Shown one piece after another: positions 44,123 to 54,842 of a DNA stretch of 61,918 nucleotides. A program made the position numbers and the translations under genes. Position 1 is the first letter of the stretch, and each line of letters begins with the position of its first letter. Where the stretch lies: positions 1-61,918 of IMG/VR virus record IMGVR_UViG_3300037852_000239; one strand, written 5' to 3'. Below the pieces are notes generated by a model. That model made no database searches and was not told the origin of the DNA. It saw only the letters and a program-made list of their open reading frames with translations. The DNA comes from a virus. Taxonomy: Duplodnaviria > Caudoviricetes.

Positions 44123-46159
44123 CTAACTCGTGGCCACCGTGCTCCGCGTGCCACCGGATTTCGATTCCATGTGCGGGGGCTTGTGCCCGGAATTGGGCCG
44201 CCCCTTCGGCGGAGGCTGCCCTCCACCACCGCCGTATTTCTCCGCCATCTCGTGCTGCATGCGGACCTGCGCCATCCACTTTTCGAGGATCGAATGGCAC
44301 TCTTCTTCGGAGGCGTTGCCGTCCTCGTCCAGCTTCTTGGGGATGGCCCCGAAGCCGGGGAGCTGCGCCACCTTCGCGATCGACCACCAGTCAATCGGGA
44401 AGCCCAGTTTTTGGAGTTGGAGATAGAACAACTTGGTCGACATCCGGTTGATCTCGGTGATGCCGGATTGGGAGACGCGGTATTTGAACGCGGTGAGGAA
44501 GCCGCGCGCGCGGTCCTGGCGCGTCTGCACCGTGTCATTGGAGAGGCGCCCGACTAAGAGTTCAGGGGTGTACACCCAGTCTTCCTCGTCCCCGGCGTCG
44601 TTGATGGTCTGCAACAACCGCTCGTAGGTGTAGAACTGGAAGTAATCGGACTTGCGCATCTCGCCCAGCTGCTGGTAGGGGAGGATGATCGCGCGGACCA
44701 TGTCTTGGACTAAGGGCCCCGCCATTTCGAGAAACTTCTCAATGGAGTCGGAACTCGGGACTTGCTTGGCCTTGGCCATGGCGGTGAGATCGCGTGCCCC
44801 GGTGAGATACTCCATGCGGTCGTCGAGGTACTTGAGATGGTCGGCGATGTAGGGCGGGAGATCATAGACCTGGTAGGGGACGGGGAATTTGATCACGTCG
44901 CCCTGGGAGAAGTCCGCCGCGGCCTTGGACCCCGCCTTGCGCGGGTTGAAGGCTTCCGCGAAGCCGGTGGTCACCGCCTGGTCGTTGTACAACATGGGCG
45001 GGTCGAGGCGCGCGCTGATGCTGTCCTCCATGCCCTGCATGATGGCGTTGGCGGAGTCTTCCATCGAGCCGATCATCCCGACGCAGGAGCGGCCGAGGGC
45101 TTCCCACGGCCAGTCGTTGAAGCGGAGGCGGACCAGCGGAGTCAGGCCGTGCCACCACGGCGAACTATTGTCGTAGGCCACGATCTCGGTGGAGCGCGCG
45201 AAGATGATGTAGCGCTTCAGTGGGAATAGTTGGGCCTCGACCGGGTCCGCCGAACGGGTCAGCAACGCGCCAGTGGCAGGGTTGATCAGCCCGGTGGGGA
45301 ACTCGCCGCCCAAAGTCGGCACCGTATAGCTCCAGTTGGTGCCGGCACTCCCCATGGTCATCGGCGAGCCAGACTCGTTCAGCGTGTCATCGTTGATGTA
45401 GGCGTGGAAGATGTCGACCACGGGGAACGCGGTGTCCTGGTCGAAGTCGCCGGGGTGCATGCCACGGACGCGCAGGGCGGGAGACAGGAATTGCTGGACT
45501 TTTTTGAGGCCTTTGGCAATCCACCCCGGCGCGTCGCGGTCGGGGAGGAGCGACTCGGCGAACGCGGGGTTGGTGCGGCGGTAGATGCGCTTGGCGAGGG
45601 TGATTGGAAGCTCCTCGCGGATCAGGGTGATGTAGGCGCGTTGAATGTCATGGTCACTGGGGAGTTGCACAAAGGTCACGCGATCGGGGGCGAGCGCTTG
45701 GAGGCGGATGTCGCCTTTGTAGGTGCCGTGGAAGTGTGGATCCCAGGTCTGCCACGCGTAACCCGTGCCGAGGGTGACGGCGAGCTGCGCCAAGGTGCGG
45801 TGCGACTCAATGGTTTGTGGGAGGTGAAACCAGTTATGATCCAACGCCGTGAGCACGCCGGCTTGGGCATAGAGTGATTGGGAGACAGCAGGCTTGAACT
45901 CGCCCACGTGCGAGAAGCTGGTTAGGCTGGCCACGATCTCCCTGGCGAGGCGCTCCGTTTTGGGATAGGTGATATTGGATTGCCCAGCCAAGTTGAGCTG
46001 CGCGTTACTCGGGCCGAGGCGCTCAAGGAGGGCTTCGTATTCCGAAGCGGGCTTCTGGGTGGACAACCACGCGGCGCCTTCGCTGACGGCCTCGCGCAGG
46101 TAGCCGGTGAGCGTCGCGCCAGAGGTGCCCCACCGCGGGCAAGCAAAACTACGTGCCAT
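44123..46159 (-). CDS. portal protein
   Basis: 678 aa between terminase and scaffold; [31 protein letters not shown] features of P22-like portals. Confidence 0.75.
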   Translation of the reverse strand: MARSFACPRWGTSGATLTGYLREAVSEGAAWLSTQKPASEYEALLERLGPSNAQLNLAGQSNITYPKTERLAREIVASLTSFSHVGEFKPAVSQSLYAQAGVLTALDHNWFHLPQTIESHRTLAQLAVTLGTGYAWQTWDPHFHGTYKGDIRLQALAPDRVTFVQLPSDHDIQRAYITLIREELPITLAKRIYRRTNPAFAESLLPDRDAPGWIAKGLKKVQQFLSPALRVRGMHPGDFDQDTAFPVVDIFHAYINDDTLNESGSPMTMGSAGTNWSYTVPTLGGEFPTGLINPATGALLTRSADPVEAQLFPLKRYIIFARSTEIVAYDNSSPWWHGLTPLVRLRFNDWPWEALGRSCVGMIGSMEDSANAIMQGMEDSISARLDPPMLYNDQAVTTGFAEAFNPRKAGSKAAADFSQGDVIKFPVPYQVYDLPPYIADHLKYLDDRMEYLTGARDLTAMAKAKQVPSSDSIEKFLEMAGPLVQDMVRAIILPYQQLGEMRKSDYFQFYTYERLLQTINDAGDEEDWVYTPELLVGRLSNDTVQTRQDRARGFLTAFKYRVSQSGITEINRMSTKLFYLQLQKLGFPIDWWSIAKVAQLPGFGAIPKKLDEDGNASEEECHSILEKWMAQVRMQHEMAEKYGGGGGQPPPKGRPNSGHKPPHMESKSGGTRSTVATS

Positions 46160-46682
46160 AACAAGGCTCTATGAATCCGGCAGGACGTACCTGCCACCGG
46201 CGCTGGCGGCGGTTATTGGCTTGAACCTTTCGTGTAACCCACCGACAATTTTCGGGACTATACGGGCCATCGTTGTCTCGGCGATCAAGCGTGAGATCTT
46301 CACGAAACCCGTTGGCGCGTGACCAATCACGAAACGGTTCATAGACGTGCCACGCCGCACATACCGTAATACCACGACCTCCGTAATCGGGCCATGATTT
46401 GCCATTCCGATTCTCACAACGCTGTCGCATCGCCTTCCAGACATGATGAAGATGCGTTCCCGCCTCACCGTGTTTGAATGGAGTTTGCCGCTGCCGTTCT
46501 TTGTGTAAGCAGCCACAAGATCGTTTATGCCCCGAGTGAAGGTGGTTACTTGTCGCCACTGTTAATGTTCCACAATCGCAACGGCACGACCAACAGACTT
46601 GACGACATCCTTCAACAGCCACACGTTCAATGACAACGAGACGCGCGTAACGTTGTCTAGGAACTACGAATAGCGCCATCAT
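46149..46682 (-). CDS. HNH-type homing endonuclease
   Basis: [52 protein letters not shown]...QANN; lower GC than its neighbours. Confidence 0.88.
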   Translation of the reverse strand: MMALFVVPRQRYARLVVIERVAVEGCRQVCWSCRCDCGTLTVATSNHLHSGHKRSCGCLHKERQRQTPFKHGEAGTHLHHVWKAMRQRCENRNGKSWPDYGGRGITVCAAWHVYEPFRDWSRANGFREDLTLDRRDNDGPYSPENCRWVTRKVQANNRRQRRWQVRPAGFIEPCYGT

Positions 46683-47329
46683 TAGTCCCGCCTCCGCTGG
46701 CCGCGGTCGTTGGTGTACGCCTCACGGTTCGAGCGATCGTTGGAGTAGCAATCAACGTGGACGCCGGGTTCGCCGATGCGCCGATGCCCTTTGCGATCAG
46801 ACTGCTCCATTGCACGGCGCATGACGTCGCGGGCTTGCGGGCGCAGATGGGTGGTGATCATCCGACCCGTCGCGCGGATCACGCCGTCCGCGCACATCCG
46901 ACGTTCCGGCACGCGGAAGCCTTGCTCTAATCCATGACGGATGTCTGAGCGCCGCACAGCATCTTGTTGTTCAGCCGCCTCTAAGCGCCGCTCCTCGGCA
47001 CGTCGCAAGTGCGATTGCTCGTGCTGGTTCATGCGTGATTCGAGGGCGCGGACTTCGGCGAAGCCACGGGCTTCCACGCGCTGGTAGCCCATGCGATCAT
47101 ACTTGGCGCAGGAGGTGCCGCCGGTTTCGCCCGGGAAGCGGAAGCTGCCGTCTAGCGCGCGGTAGACGACCACGGGGTCGACGCGGCTGACCACCTGCGG
47201 AGGCAAATGGCGTTGCTCGGTGGCGCCGCCACAATCGGGGCAGGGTGGGGTCGCGGGAAAATCGGCGAGCCGGCGCACGACTTCCGAGAGGTGGCCACAG
47301 GACAAACAGGCGACGTCGATCAAGGGCAC
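46682..47329 (-). CDS. FmdB-like zinc-ribbon protein
   Basis: [13 protein letters not shown]...CPDCGG. Confidence 0.75.
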   Translation of the reverse strand: MPLIDVACLSCGHLSEVVRRLADFPATPPCPDCGGATEQRHLPPQVVSRVDPVVVYRALDGSFRFPGETGGTSCAKYDRMGYQRVEARGFAEVRALESRMNQHEQSHLRRAEERRLEAAEQQDAVRRSDIRHGLEQGFRVPERRMCADGVIRATGRMITTHLRPQARDVMRRAMEQSDRKGHRRIGEPGVHVDCYSNDRSNREAYTNDRGQRRRD

Positions 47330-47330
47330 G

Positions 47331-47591
47331 TCAGGCGTCCTCTTCCTTGGTGACTTCTAACATCACCGGTTGGATCGGTGCACCACCGGTTCTGATCCAG
47401 AGGCGCACACGCTCTCCGGCCAGGACGCGTGCGCGTTCTTCGTCCGTGAATGCCCACTCGGTCAGGACTGTCCCATCCGCATAGATCACGGCAGGTAACG
47501 CGCTGACATGTGCAGCCTCGTCGCCTGCAATCGTGACGGCCCATAAGTCCACATGGACGATCGCCAAGTCACGGAGATCACAGGGAATCAT
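47331..47591 (-). CDS. conserved phage hypothetical protein
   Basis: LPA....DG.V.TEW.FTDEERARV..G..VRLWI....QPV.L motif; ATGA overlap. Confidence 0.65.
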   Translation of the reverse strand: MIPCDLRDLAIVHVDLWAVTIAGDEAAHVSALPAVIYADGTVLTEWAFTDEERARVLAGERVRLWIRTGGAPIQPVMLEVTKEEDA

Positions 47592-49864
47592 CGATACCCC
47601 GCTGGTAAACGCAACCGCGGATCTCTGAAACGCCCCAGCCGCACCGTCGCGCGCAGGCTCCCCGCCACCGGCCGCCGGAACTCCAACGGGATCGCGCCAC
47701 GCCCCATACTAGCACTGCTGGCTTGGATCCCCGGCCGGTAGGTGGCGAACGCGGGCGGGGGGCGGTCTTCATCCAAGGCCTCTGGCAAATACTGCGGCAC
47801 CGACTTCGCGTAGCGCGTGCGCGTGCGGTCGTCGACGGTGAGGGACTCCAGCGGGAACCCGATCGACATCACGCGGTCGTCGTGGGTGTTGTAGGCGGCG
47901 CGGGCGGATTTTTCGTCGGGGTCGCGCTCGAGGGTTTCCAGCTCGTTGACCAGCCACGGCGATCGAATATCCAAGGCTTCCTCATCGACCGCGGTGAGCA
48001 ACGTGTCCATCATCATGCTGCGATACCAGACGTTGGTGAACACCCCTTCCTTGTGGACCTTGTCGTTGGTGATGCGGCGCCGATTATCCAACTTCTTCCA
48101 AGGGTGGAAGTTGGTCCAGCCGCGCTTCTTGAGTTCGTCTTGGACCTTTTCGCCATTGCCTTTGCACTCGACGCAGATGCGAGCTTGCGTGCGGCGGCCC
48201 GCGCGCGGGTGCAGGACGGAATAGAACGCACCCAGCGCCAAGGCGAGATCCCACAACTGGGCGGCCTTGATATAGGGGGAGGCGAACTCCGCGCATTGCC
48301 CATGGGGGCGTTCGAACGTGCCCTTGCGGATCATGTTCAACACCGACCAGTCCTGGCCGATGCCGTCGCTGGTGTCCACCCCTTCCGCGTAGGTCTGGAA
48401 GTCTTCGGGTAACTCCCAGATGAATAGTTTGCCCAGCGGGTTATACCCGATGTAGCCCTCGAATTTCAGCGGGATGAACTGGTAGACCTCGGTGGCCCGG
48501 CAGATCGCTGAAGGTCGGACGGTGATCGTCGGCTTGGAGAGATCCCACTCGGAGCGCGGGATGGTCAGCATTTTATGAATGCTGGGGCCGACGATGGTGT
48601 ACACGCCGAGGGGAGGCCGCGCCAACGCACGCTCCCGGTAGTTCAGCGTGATGTCCTGATCGACCACCGAGATATTGGTGTTCTGGAACGCTTCGATGTC
48701 GTCCGCCGGCATCTCCGACAGGAATTTGTTGAGGCGCTTTTCCTTGATCGCCAGCTCGCGCTCACGTTCGTAGTACCACATCTGCCGCTGCGGCATGGTC
48801 CAGTCGCGGTTGCCCTTAGCTAAATAATGCAGCCACAACGGATTCGCCAACACCGCCTGGCGCGCGCGCTCGGCGTGGCGGATGGTGCGGTCCAACGGCA
48901 CCCAGTTCGCAGGCGGCGGCAACTGGTGGTGCTCGGTGTCGGTCGGGTAGAGGTCCACGCCGAAAAACCATGGGAGGAACACCGGGCGAATCTGGCTCCG
49001 CCCCGCCGGGTATTCGACCTTCTGCGACTCCCACTTGTCGTACCACCAGTTGTCGCGGCCGAGCGCCGTCGACTCCATCGCCAAGAACAATGTCGGAGTC
49101 GGGTGCATTGCCTTGAGCAGCGCGGAGTCCACGTCGTCAGCCGCGTTTTTCCAACTGGACAACTCGCTGAGGTGCCCGGCGCTGGGGGTCTGGCCGCGGC
49201 CGACGCCGTGATACTGATTGCCCCACTGCGGCTTGAGCACCGAGGTGATCGCGGGGATTTCCGCCGGGACGCCGCGCAGGTAGCGCACCGACGGCGGCAA
49301 CAACCACCACGGGAGTTGTTCCCACGCGTAGGCGATCATCCCGGCCATGGCTTCGGTCTTTGAAGGATCGGCCGAGGCGATCACCGCGTAGGTGCGCGGC
49401 ATGAACAGGAACAACCAGAGGATGATCATCTCGACCAAGGTGGTCGAGCCGAGCTGGCGCGCCTTCAGGATCATCAGCATCAGGGCATGGTGGGAGCGCT
49501 CCGACTCCGCGAGGAGGTCGAGCACGACCAGCTGCGCGAAGTTCGGCGTCATGATGGTGTCGCGCTTGTCCCAACCAATAATGTGACAAAAATTCAAAAA
49601 ATAGCGGAAGTCCAGCGCACAGATCACGCGCTCGTTGCGGATGAAGGCCATTTCCTTGGGGGTGAGCGGGCGCACGAGGCCGGCGGCGCCACCCTCCTCT
49701 GGCGTCAGCTCGGCGAGGTGGGCTATGGCGGAGGCGATCCCCGCGGCGGTGTGGCGTCGGTAGACGATATGGTCCTCGCGTGGTTTGAGGGTGCCATCGG
49801 GCAAGGTGTTCGCGCGCGCGGTGGCGGCGGCGATCGCGGCGTCAGAGCGCGCCAGATCAAACAT
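47588..49864 (-). CDS. terL: terminase large subunit
   Basis: LKARQLGSTT Walker A, HLSE Walker B, MESTA, FLPWF, GVDTSDGIG.D, HDDRVMS nuclease motifs. Confidence 0.92.
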   Translation of the reverse strand: MFDLARSDAAIAAATARANTLPDGTLKPREDHIVYRRHTAAGIASAIAHLAELTPEEGGAAGLVRPLTPKEMAFIRNERVICALDFRYFLNFCHIIGWDKRDTIMTPNFAQLVVLDLLAESERSHHALMLMILKARQLGSTTLVEMIILWLFLFMPRTYAVIASADPSKTEAMAGMIAYAWEQLPWWLLPPSVRYLRGVPAEIPAITSVLKPQWGNQYHGVGRGQTPSAGHLSELSSWKNAADDVDSALLKAMHPTPTLFLAMESTALGRDNWWYDKWESQKVEYPAGRSQIRPVFLPWFFGVDLYPTDTEHHQLPPPANWVPLDRTIRHAERARQAVLANPLWLHYLAKGNRDWTMPQRQMWYYERERELAIKEKRLNKFLSEMPADDIEAFQNTNISVVDQDITLNYRERALARPPLGVYTIVGPSIHKMLTIPRSEWDLSKPTITVRPSAICRATEVYQFIPLKFEGYIGYNPLGKLFIWELPEDFQTYAEGVDTSDGIGQDWSVLNMIRKGTFERPHGQCAEFASPYIKAAQLWDLALALGAFYSVLHPRAGRRTQARICVECKGNGEKVQDELKKRGWTNFHPWKKLDNRRRITNDKVHKEGVFTNVWYRSMMMDTLLTAVDEEALDIRSPWLVNELETLERDPDEKSARAAYNTHDDRVMSIGFPLESLTVDDRTRTRYAKSVPQYLPEALDEDRPPPAFATYRPGIQASSASMGRGAIPLEFRRPVAGSLRATVRLGRFRDPRLRLPAGYR

Positions 49865-51008
49865 CGATCGCGTCCTCATCGGGGCTGCGCGCGAGCGTGG
49901 GGCTGCCCGCGAGGGCACTATCGCGCGCTGAACTCGCGGCGTTGATGTCCTCAAGGAAGCTGGGCATCGACGGTGACGCCGCTGCCGAAGCCGCTGCTGC
50001 GGCGTTGGCGCTCGCCACCACGTTGATCGTGGCCCCCTTCGGCGTCGGCAGGAACCCCGAATGGGCCAGCAACGCCATGCGGTCGCGTTGTCCGATCGCG
50101 GAATTGAGGCGCTTGGCGGATCGCACCGTGCCTTCGATGATCGTCGGGTGCGCCACCGACGCGATCAGGTTCCCGACATCGCACCCGAAGTTGAACGCGG
50201 TGCGCGCCATCGTGCCCACCAGCGTGCCGCGGTCGATGCCGGCCGCCAAGCAGACCAGGTCGACGTTGGCATGGGCCTGGTCCCAGGCACTGAGATCGAA
50301 CCAGATGGATCGAAATTTCTTCGCGTCGTCGTCGCCGCCCTCGGCCGCCAGTTGCACAATGCGGATGAAGGCCTCTCGGCCGCCGGGGAGCAAGCGCATC
50401 GCCATCGACAGAGACTGATCGTAGTCGATCGGGGTGACCGCCCGCTCGGAGAGCTTCTGCTTGAGAAGCGCGGGAACATGGCGGTCGCGGCGATTCTTGG
50501 CCAGCGGCGTCTGGGGCGCGAGAGCGTAGCCGCGGCCTTGATCGTAGGTCAGCGCACGCTTGGCCGCGGTGGCTGCGCCGTGGCGCTTGGCGGCCACGCT
50601 GCGCTTGGCGCGGGCCTCGGGCGTGCGCGTCAGCTCCCGGTTGGGGTCGAATCCGCGCTGGAATCCGTGGGAGCGCTTGGGTTGTTCGGTGCTTGGTGAT
50701 CCGCCGCCGGGGCTGCCCGCGAGGGCAGGGGCTGGAGCTGGGGCAGGGCCCCCGCCTCCAACTGCTGCAATAGGCGCGTCTGCCGGTTCAGGACCACGAC
50801 GTCCGCCGCGGTCCGCTTGCGGCGGAGGGGTGGTGGCGGGGCCGTCCGCGCGGCCAGCTCGCCGCCCAGGATCAACACCGATCGTTGCAGGGCTTCCACC
50901 TGTTGTTCCAGTGCTAGCACGCGCGCGGTCAATTCGGCCGCGGACTCCGTGGAGCGCGGGGCGGGGCCCAACGACGTGGGCATCGGCGTCTGGTCGTGAC
51001 TCGTCCAT
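49857..51008 (-). CDS. putative terminase small subunit / packaging-associated protein (start uncertain)
   Basis: Directly upstream of terL; GFQRGFDPNR motif; helical C-terminal domain. Confidence 0.5.
   Translation of the reverse strand: MDESRPDADAHVVGPRPALHGVRGRIDRARASTGTTGGSPATIGVDPGRRAGRADGPATTPPPQADRGGRRGPEPADAPIAAVGGGGPAPAPAPALAGSPGGGSPSTEQPKRSHGFQRGFDPNRELTRTPEARAKRSVAAKRHGAATAAKRALTYDQGRGYALAPQTPLAKNRRDRHVPALLKQKLSERAVTPIDYDQSLSMAMRLLPGGREAFIRIVQLAAEGGDDDAKKFRSIWFDLSAWDQAHANVDLVCLAAGIDRGTLVGTMARTAFNFGCDVGNLIASVAHPTIIEGTVRSAKRLNSAIGQRDRMALLAHSGFLPTPKGATINVVASANAAAAASAAASPSMPSFLEDINAASSARDSALAGSPTLARSPDEDAIDV
50630..50983 (-). CDS. coiled-coil ORF overlapping the 5' part of the terS candidate in another frame
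   Basis: AAELTARVLALEQQVEALQRSVLILGGELA heptads with GC3-rich codons. Confidence 0.5.
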   Translation of the reverse strand: MPTSLGPAPRSTESAAELTARVLALEQQVEALQRSVLILGGELAARTAPPPPLRRKRTAADVVVLNRQTRLLQQLEAGALPQLQPLPSRAAPAADHQAPNNPSAPTDSSADSTPTGS

Positions 51009-51030
51009 GGCCACATTCGGCTACCTCACG

Positions 51031-52164
51031 CTAGACGTCCACCCACTGCGTCACGCCGCCGGGCCCGCGCACCTGTCGCTTGCCGGGGCGCGGGAGTGCT
51101 AACGCTTGGCGGAGCGCGTCGGGCGCTTCGATGGACTGGCCTTGGTCGTCCGTCTCGCGCCGCTCCGCCAGCACGACAAAGCAGACCTGGTCGGCAACGT
51201 CCCGCGCGATCTCGGTCGGCGTGCGCGTTCGCGCCTCGTGCGTGGTGGGCAAGACCTTGTCGATCACAAACGCGTGGTCGGTGGCGAAGCCGGAGATCTC
51301 AATGGCGACTCGGGCGGTGACCTGCGGATAGGTGAGCGCTTCGCTGAAGCGCAGGTCGTTGAGCAGGCGCGCGTGGACCTCGTCCATCAGCGTCTCGACC
51401 AGCACCAACAACTCGGGGCCGGTGAGGGCGAAGTATTCCAGCGCCGCTTGGTCGCCGAAGCCGCCGGTAATAGCCTTGCCCGGGTCGCGGTTGAGTTCCG
51501 CGCGGGGCACGCCGCGCGAGGGGCTATCGGTATTGGACCCGGCGGGGTAGACCGAGAGGTCGACGGGGGCGAACGGGTCGACGGCGGCGTGGTCCACGGC
51601 CGCGGGGGGGTGATCGACCTCGCCAGAACGATCGTGTGCATGCGGCACGACGGTGCGCGTCTCCGGTGGGGGTTCGAACGCCTCCGCGACGAGGCCACTG
51701 CGCTCCGTCACGACGTCATCGGGAATGGCCTCGGCCTCTGCCATCGGCACCACCGGCGGCCTCGCGACTCCCGTCGCACGGCGCAGAATCCTCCGCGCCG
51801 CCGTCGGGGGCACTGACCCAGGGCCTCCTGCGCCGGCCACCCGATCAGGCTCTACGGCTGTCTTCAGGCGCTGGTAGAACGGGTCCATCTTGGACTCCGC
51901 CACCGCGTCCACGGCTTCGGCCACGCCGCCTGCCTTGGGCTGGGTGATATAGTGCAGCGGCTCCAGCGTGCGCTCGTTGTGCCGGGCCCGGGCCGCCGGT
52001 GACATCCGGTGCCAGTCCTCGGTGGCGTAGGACTCCCCGGTGCGGGGGTTGACCGCCTCGACAATGGCCCCGGCCTCGGCGGTCAGCGGTTGCGACACCT
52101 CGACCGGGGCGCCGGGCGGAGGCACCGCCCCGATCTGGCCGGTCGCGGGGATGTGATCAGCCAT
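51031..52164 (-). CDS. hypothetical protein
   Basis: Long ORF with coding-like bias; globular C-terminal half. Confidence 0.7.
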   Translation of the reverse strand: MADHIPATGQIGAVPPPGAPVEVSQPLTAEAGAIVEAVNPRTGESYATEDWHRMSPAARARHNERTLEPLHYITQPKAGGVAEAVDAVAESKMDPFYQRLKTAVEPDRVAGAGGPGSVPPTAARRILRRATGVARPPVVPMAEAEAIPDDVVTERSGLVAEAFEPPPETRTVVPHAHDRSGEVDHPPAAVDHAAVDPFAPVDLSVYPAGSNTDSPSRGVPRAELNRDPGKAITGGFGDQAALEYFALTGPELLVLVETLMDEVHARLLNDLRFSEALTYPQVTARVAIEISGFATDHAFVIDKVLPTTHEARTRTPTEIARDVADQVCFVVLAERRETDDQGQSIEAPDALRQALALPRPGKRQVRGPGGVTQWVDV

Positions 52165-52171
52165 GGGTGGA

Positions 52172-52747
52172 TCAGGCGTTCAGGGGTTGTTCGGCGACAG
52201 GCACCTCGACCACTGGCACGTGCGCGGGCACAGGCTCGGGCACGACCGTAGACGCGACCACAGGCACGGGCACCGGCGGTTCCTCGACCACGGGCTCCGG
52301 CAGCACCTCCAGCGGCGGGACCACCGTGGGCGCCGCGATGACGAACACCTTCGGCACCGGCGGATACGCCGGCACATCCCCGAGAGCGCGTGTCAACAGC
52401 TTAGCCGCCCCCATGAACAGGTTGAGCCGGATCTGCGTGGCGTCGTCTACGAGCGACAGCGGGGGTACCACCGGTGCCGGCACCGCGGCGGCCAAGGTGC
52501 CCAAGGGCACGGGGTGTTCCACCACGACCACGCTGGCTGGCGCCGCCGGAGCCGGCAACGTGTCATACCCCGCCTCGAGCGCCGTGATCTGGTCCCGCAT
52601 GGCGGCGACGAAGATGACCGCCGCTTGTTCAACCTGGTTGAGCTGGTTGGTGAGGCCGATGGTGTGGGTGCGCAGGGCGACGTGGGTGACGGGGCCGGTG
52701 GCTGGAACGGCGTAGCTCAGCGGTGCGTGGGGGTCGGTCGGTGACAT
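52172..52747 (-). CDS. Pro/Val-rich hypothetical protein, first gene of the - strand arm
   Basis: AAGGAG RBS before ATG. Confidence 0.7.
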   Translation of the reverse strand: MSPTDPHAPLSYAVPATGPVTHVALRTHTIGLTNQLNQVEQAAVIFVAAMRDQITALEAGYDTLPAPAAPASVVVVEHPVPLGTLAAAVPAPVVPPLSLVDDATQIRLNLFMGAAKLLTRALGDVPAYPPVPKVFVIAAPTVVPPLEVLPEPVVEEPPVPVPVVASTVVPEPVPAHVPVVEVPVAEQPLNA

Positions 52748-52767
52748 AGTAGAGGCTCCTTGGGGAG

Positions 52768-53450
52768 TAGCCTTGCACAGAGGCGAGTGAGGAGTCAACA
52801 AAAAATTTACAGTCGGATCCCGATCGCGTCGACACCCCCTCCCCCGGGGGCACCCCCTTGACAATGGGGACAGCGCGGGCCTATGGCTGGGCTAGGTGGG
52901 TGGCTGGACTGGGGGTGGGGTGGGGGTGGGTGGACGTGGGTGGGTGGTGGGCGGCCATGGGTGGCGCGGCCGGTATGGAGGTAGGGCGCCATCGAAAAGC
53001 CCCGCCAATTGGGATATTGGAGGCGTGGCTCCATGACAATGGAGGCGTGGCTCCATACGGCCGGCGCCTCACCACTCTATCTAGTGGTTGCACGTGGCTC
53101 GACCACCATGGGTTGCTTGGCACGCGCGGTGCTCTGCGTGGTCGGCATGAGACACCACACATACGAACGGTGCACAACCTGCGGCGAGTGGCGACGACCG
53201 CGGCCCGCGCGGTGCCCACACTGCAACGGGTAGCAGCGCAAGGTGTGGTCAAACAGCCACAGCGAACAGCGAGCGAACTGTGGTAATTCAGCCACACCGA
53301 TTCGGTATGGCCACCCGTCAATGGTAGGTATAAGCGAAGGCATACCGAAGGGTATAGCCTATAGCTGAGGTAGCACCAAGGGGCGATAGTTCGGCAGTTG
53401 AATGCATCCACGGTCGGCGCAATACCGCGCCACAGTCGGATAATCGGAGG
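52768..53450. other. divergent non-coding control region (possible genome end, packaging site or origin)
   Basis: Strand switch; A-tract + TTGACT on the - strand; G-tracts 52885-52955; 17-bp direct repeats; several hairpins. Confidence 0.55.
53018..53056. repeat. 17-bp direct repeat TGGAGGCGTGGCTCCAT x2, each self-complementary
   Basis: 53018-53034 and 53040-53056. Confidence 0.85.
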
Positions 53451-53458
53451 CTAGTCAC

Positions 53459-54535
53459 ATGGAACTCTTCAGCGCACACAAGCAATGGTCCACACGACCG
53501 GACGATCAGCGGTTCACGTCACTCCAGCAACTCTACGATGCGACACGCGCGTATGCAGCCACGGCACATGAGCGGGAAAACGTCCGGGTCGACTCGCTCC
53601 GCGTCGAGAACGTTGATGGGGATGTGCAGATTCTTGGCAAGGGGAATCAACCAGCACGGCTGACACACTGGGCGTTTGGGCAACTCGCCGCGCGTGTGGG
53701 TGCCCCAGCTGGGTATCTCCGCGAGCTGCCCGCGACACTCGCCGCGCAGAACCTCAACCATGGACTGGCCAGCCGCGTCGCTGTCTCAGGGTCTGACTCC
53801 GTGGTTAACCTACTGGTACACGCCAACGGATCGTTATTGCTCCGTGCGCTGACCAGCGACCGGTACGAGCGGATCTGGAATCACGAAGTCGCCAGCCGAT
53901 TGCTCGATCTGCAATCACGGGGCTGGCGCCCAGCTCAGCCAGATATCCGCGTCATCGATGACCGCTTGCCACTCTACGCGAGCGACCACGACTTGTACGC
54001 GTTTGTCAGCCACAGCGAGAGAACGATCGCCGAACCTGGGAACCCGGACGGGTTGCAACGTGGGTTGATCTGCGAGAATTCCGAAGTGGGCGCCGGCAAG
54101 CTGAAGCTGACTCGATTCCTGTATCGTGAAATGTGCGGGAATCACATTATCTGGGGGGCGAAGGACGTCACCGAAGTGGCCTTGCGCCATGTCGGCAAGG
54201 TGCGTGACCGGTTGCGGCTGTGGGATACCCAGGTGCGTCGTTACTTGGATGAGTCGGCGAGTGAAGATGAAGCGAAGATCAAGGCCGCGAAGTCGCGGAT
54301 GATCGCAGCCACTAAGGAGCAGGTACTTGACGCGCTGTTCGCCGATCGACGGATTGGGCTCAGCCGAAAGGCTATCGCAGCCGGATACGACGCCGTGGTA
54401 CCGGAGCAGGATGGCGATCCGCGATCGACGTGGGGATACGTGCAAGGGCTGACACGGAGTAGCCAGGCTACGCCGTTTGCGGATGCGCGCATGGCGATTG
54501 ATACGGCGGCGGGACGGGTGTTAGAGGCGTTCTAG
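53459..54535 (+). CDS. DUF932/DUF945-like phage/plasmid early protein
   Basis: WSTRPDDQRF, THWAFGQLA, RALTSDRYERIWN, NSEVG, MCGNHIIWG, RH.G; GGAGG RBS. Confidence 0.75.
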   Translation: MELFSAHKQWSTRPDDQRFTSLQQLYDATRAYAATAHERENVRVDSLRVENVDGDVQILGKGNQPARLTHWAFGQLAARVGAPAGYLRELPATLAAQNLNHGLASRVAVSGSDSVVNLLVHANGSLLLRALTSDRYERIWNHEVASRLLDLQSRGWRPAQPDIRVIDDRLPLYASDHDLYAFVSHSERTIAEPGNPDGLQRGLICENSEVGAGKLKLTRFLYREMCGNHIIWGAKDVTEVALRHVGKVRDRLRLWDTQVRRYLDESASEDEAKIKAAKSRMIAATKEQVLDALFADRRIGLSRKAIAAGYDAVVPEQDGDPRSTWGYVQGLTRSSQATPFADARMAIDTAAGRVLEAF

Positions 54536-54554
54536 GTTGGTGGCGTCACGCATG

Positions 54555-54586
54555 CGGCCGGAGCGGAAGCGGGCTCCGGCCGTTTC
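54555..54586 (+). terminator. GC-rich hairpin, possible terminator
   Basis: CGGCCGGAGC-8 nt-GCTCCGGCCG followed by only TTT. Confidence 0.4.
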
Positions 54587-54616
54587 GTGAATCCATCAGC
54601 GGAGGGGTTGAGATCA

Positions 54617-54832
54617 ATGGTAAAGACACTCTACACAAAACGGCAGACACTCGCCTTGCTCTATGGTTGGGGATATTCCGAGGGTACCTTACCGCAACGG
54701 CATCGGCCGGAGTCCCTTGTTTCCATTGCGCCTGAACTGCGCACGAATCCACTGATTACGCGAGCACGGATCACGTTTGACCAGCTGAACAGCGTGAAAC
54801 AGCGACTGTACGGGGTTGAGTTTATTGCGTAG
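54617..54832 (+). CDS. hypothetical protein
   Basis: GGAGG RBS. Confidence 0.55.
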   Translation: MVKTLYTKRQTLALLYGWGYSEGTLPQRHRPESLVSIAPELRTNPLITRARITFDQLNSVKQRLYGVEFIA

Positions 54833-54842
54833 AGGTTCAAAA

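Noticed and set aside
43642-44538. 298-aa ORF as called
   Set aside because: The 5' part overlaps the portal and zinc-knuckle genes; only the HTH part from 43908 is credible.
14781-52744. Numerous long + strand ORFs opposite the structural genes
   Set aside because: Antisense shadows expected in high-GC DNA; no motifs or RBS, and they fully overlap well-supported - strand genes.
52858-53411. ORFs in the divergent control region
   Set aside because: Low-complexity translations from G-tracts with no coding-like codon bias or RBS.
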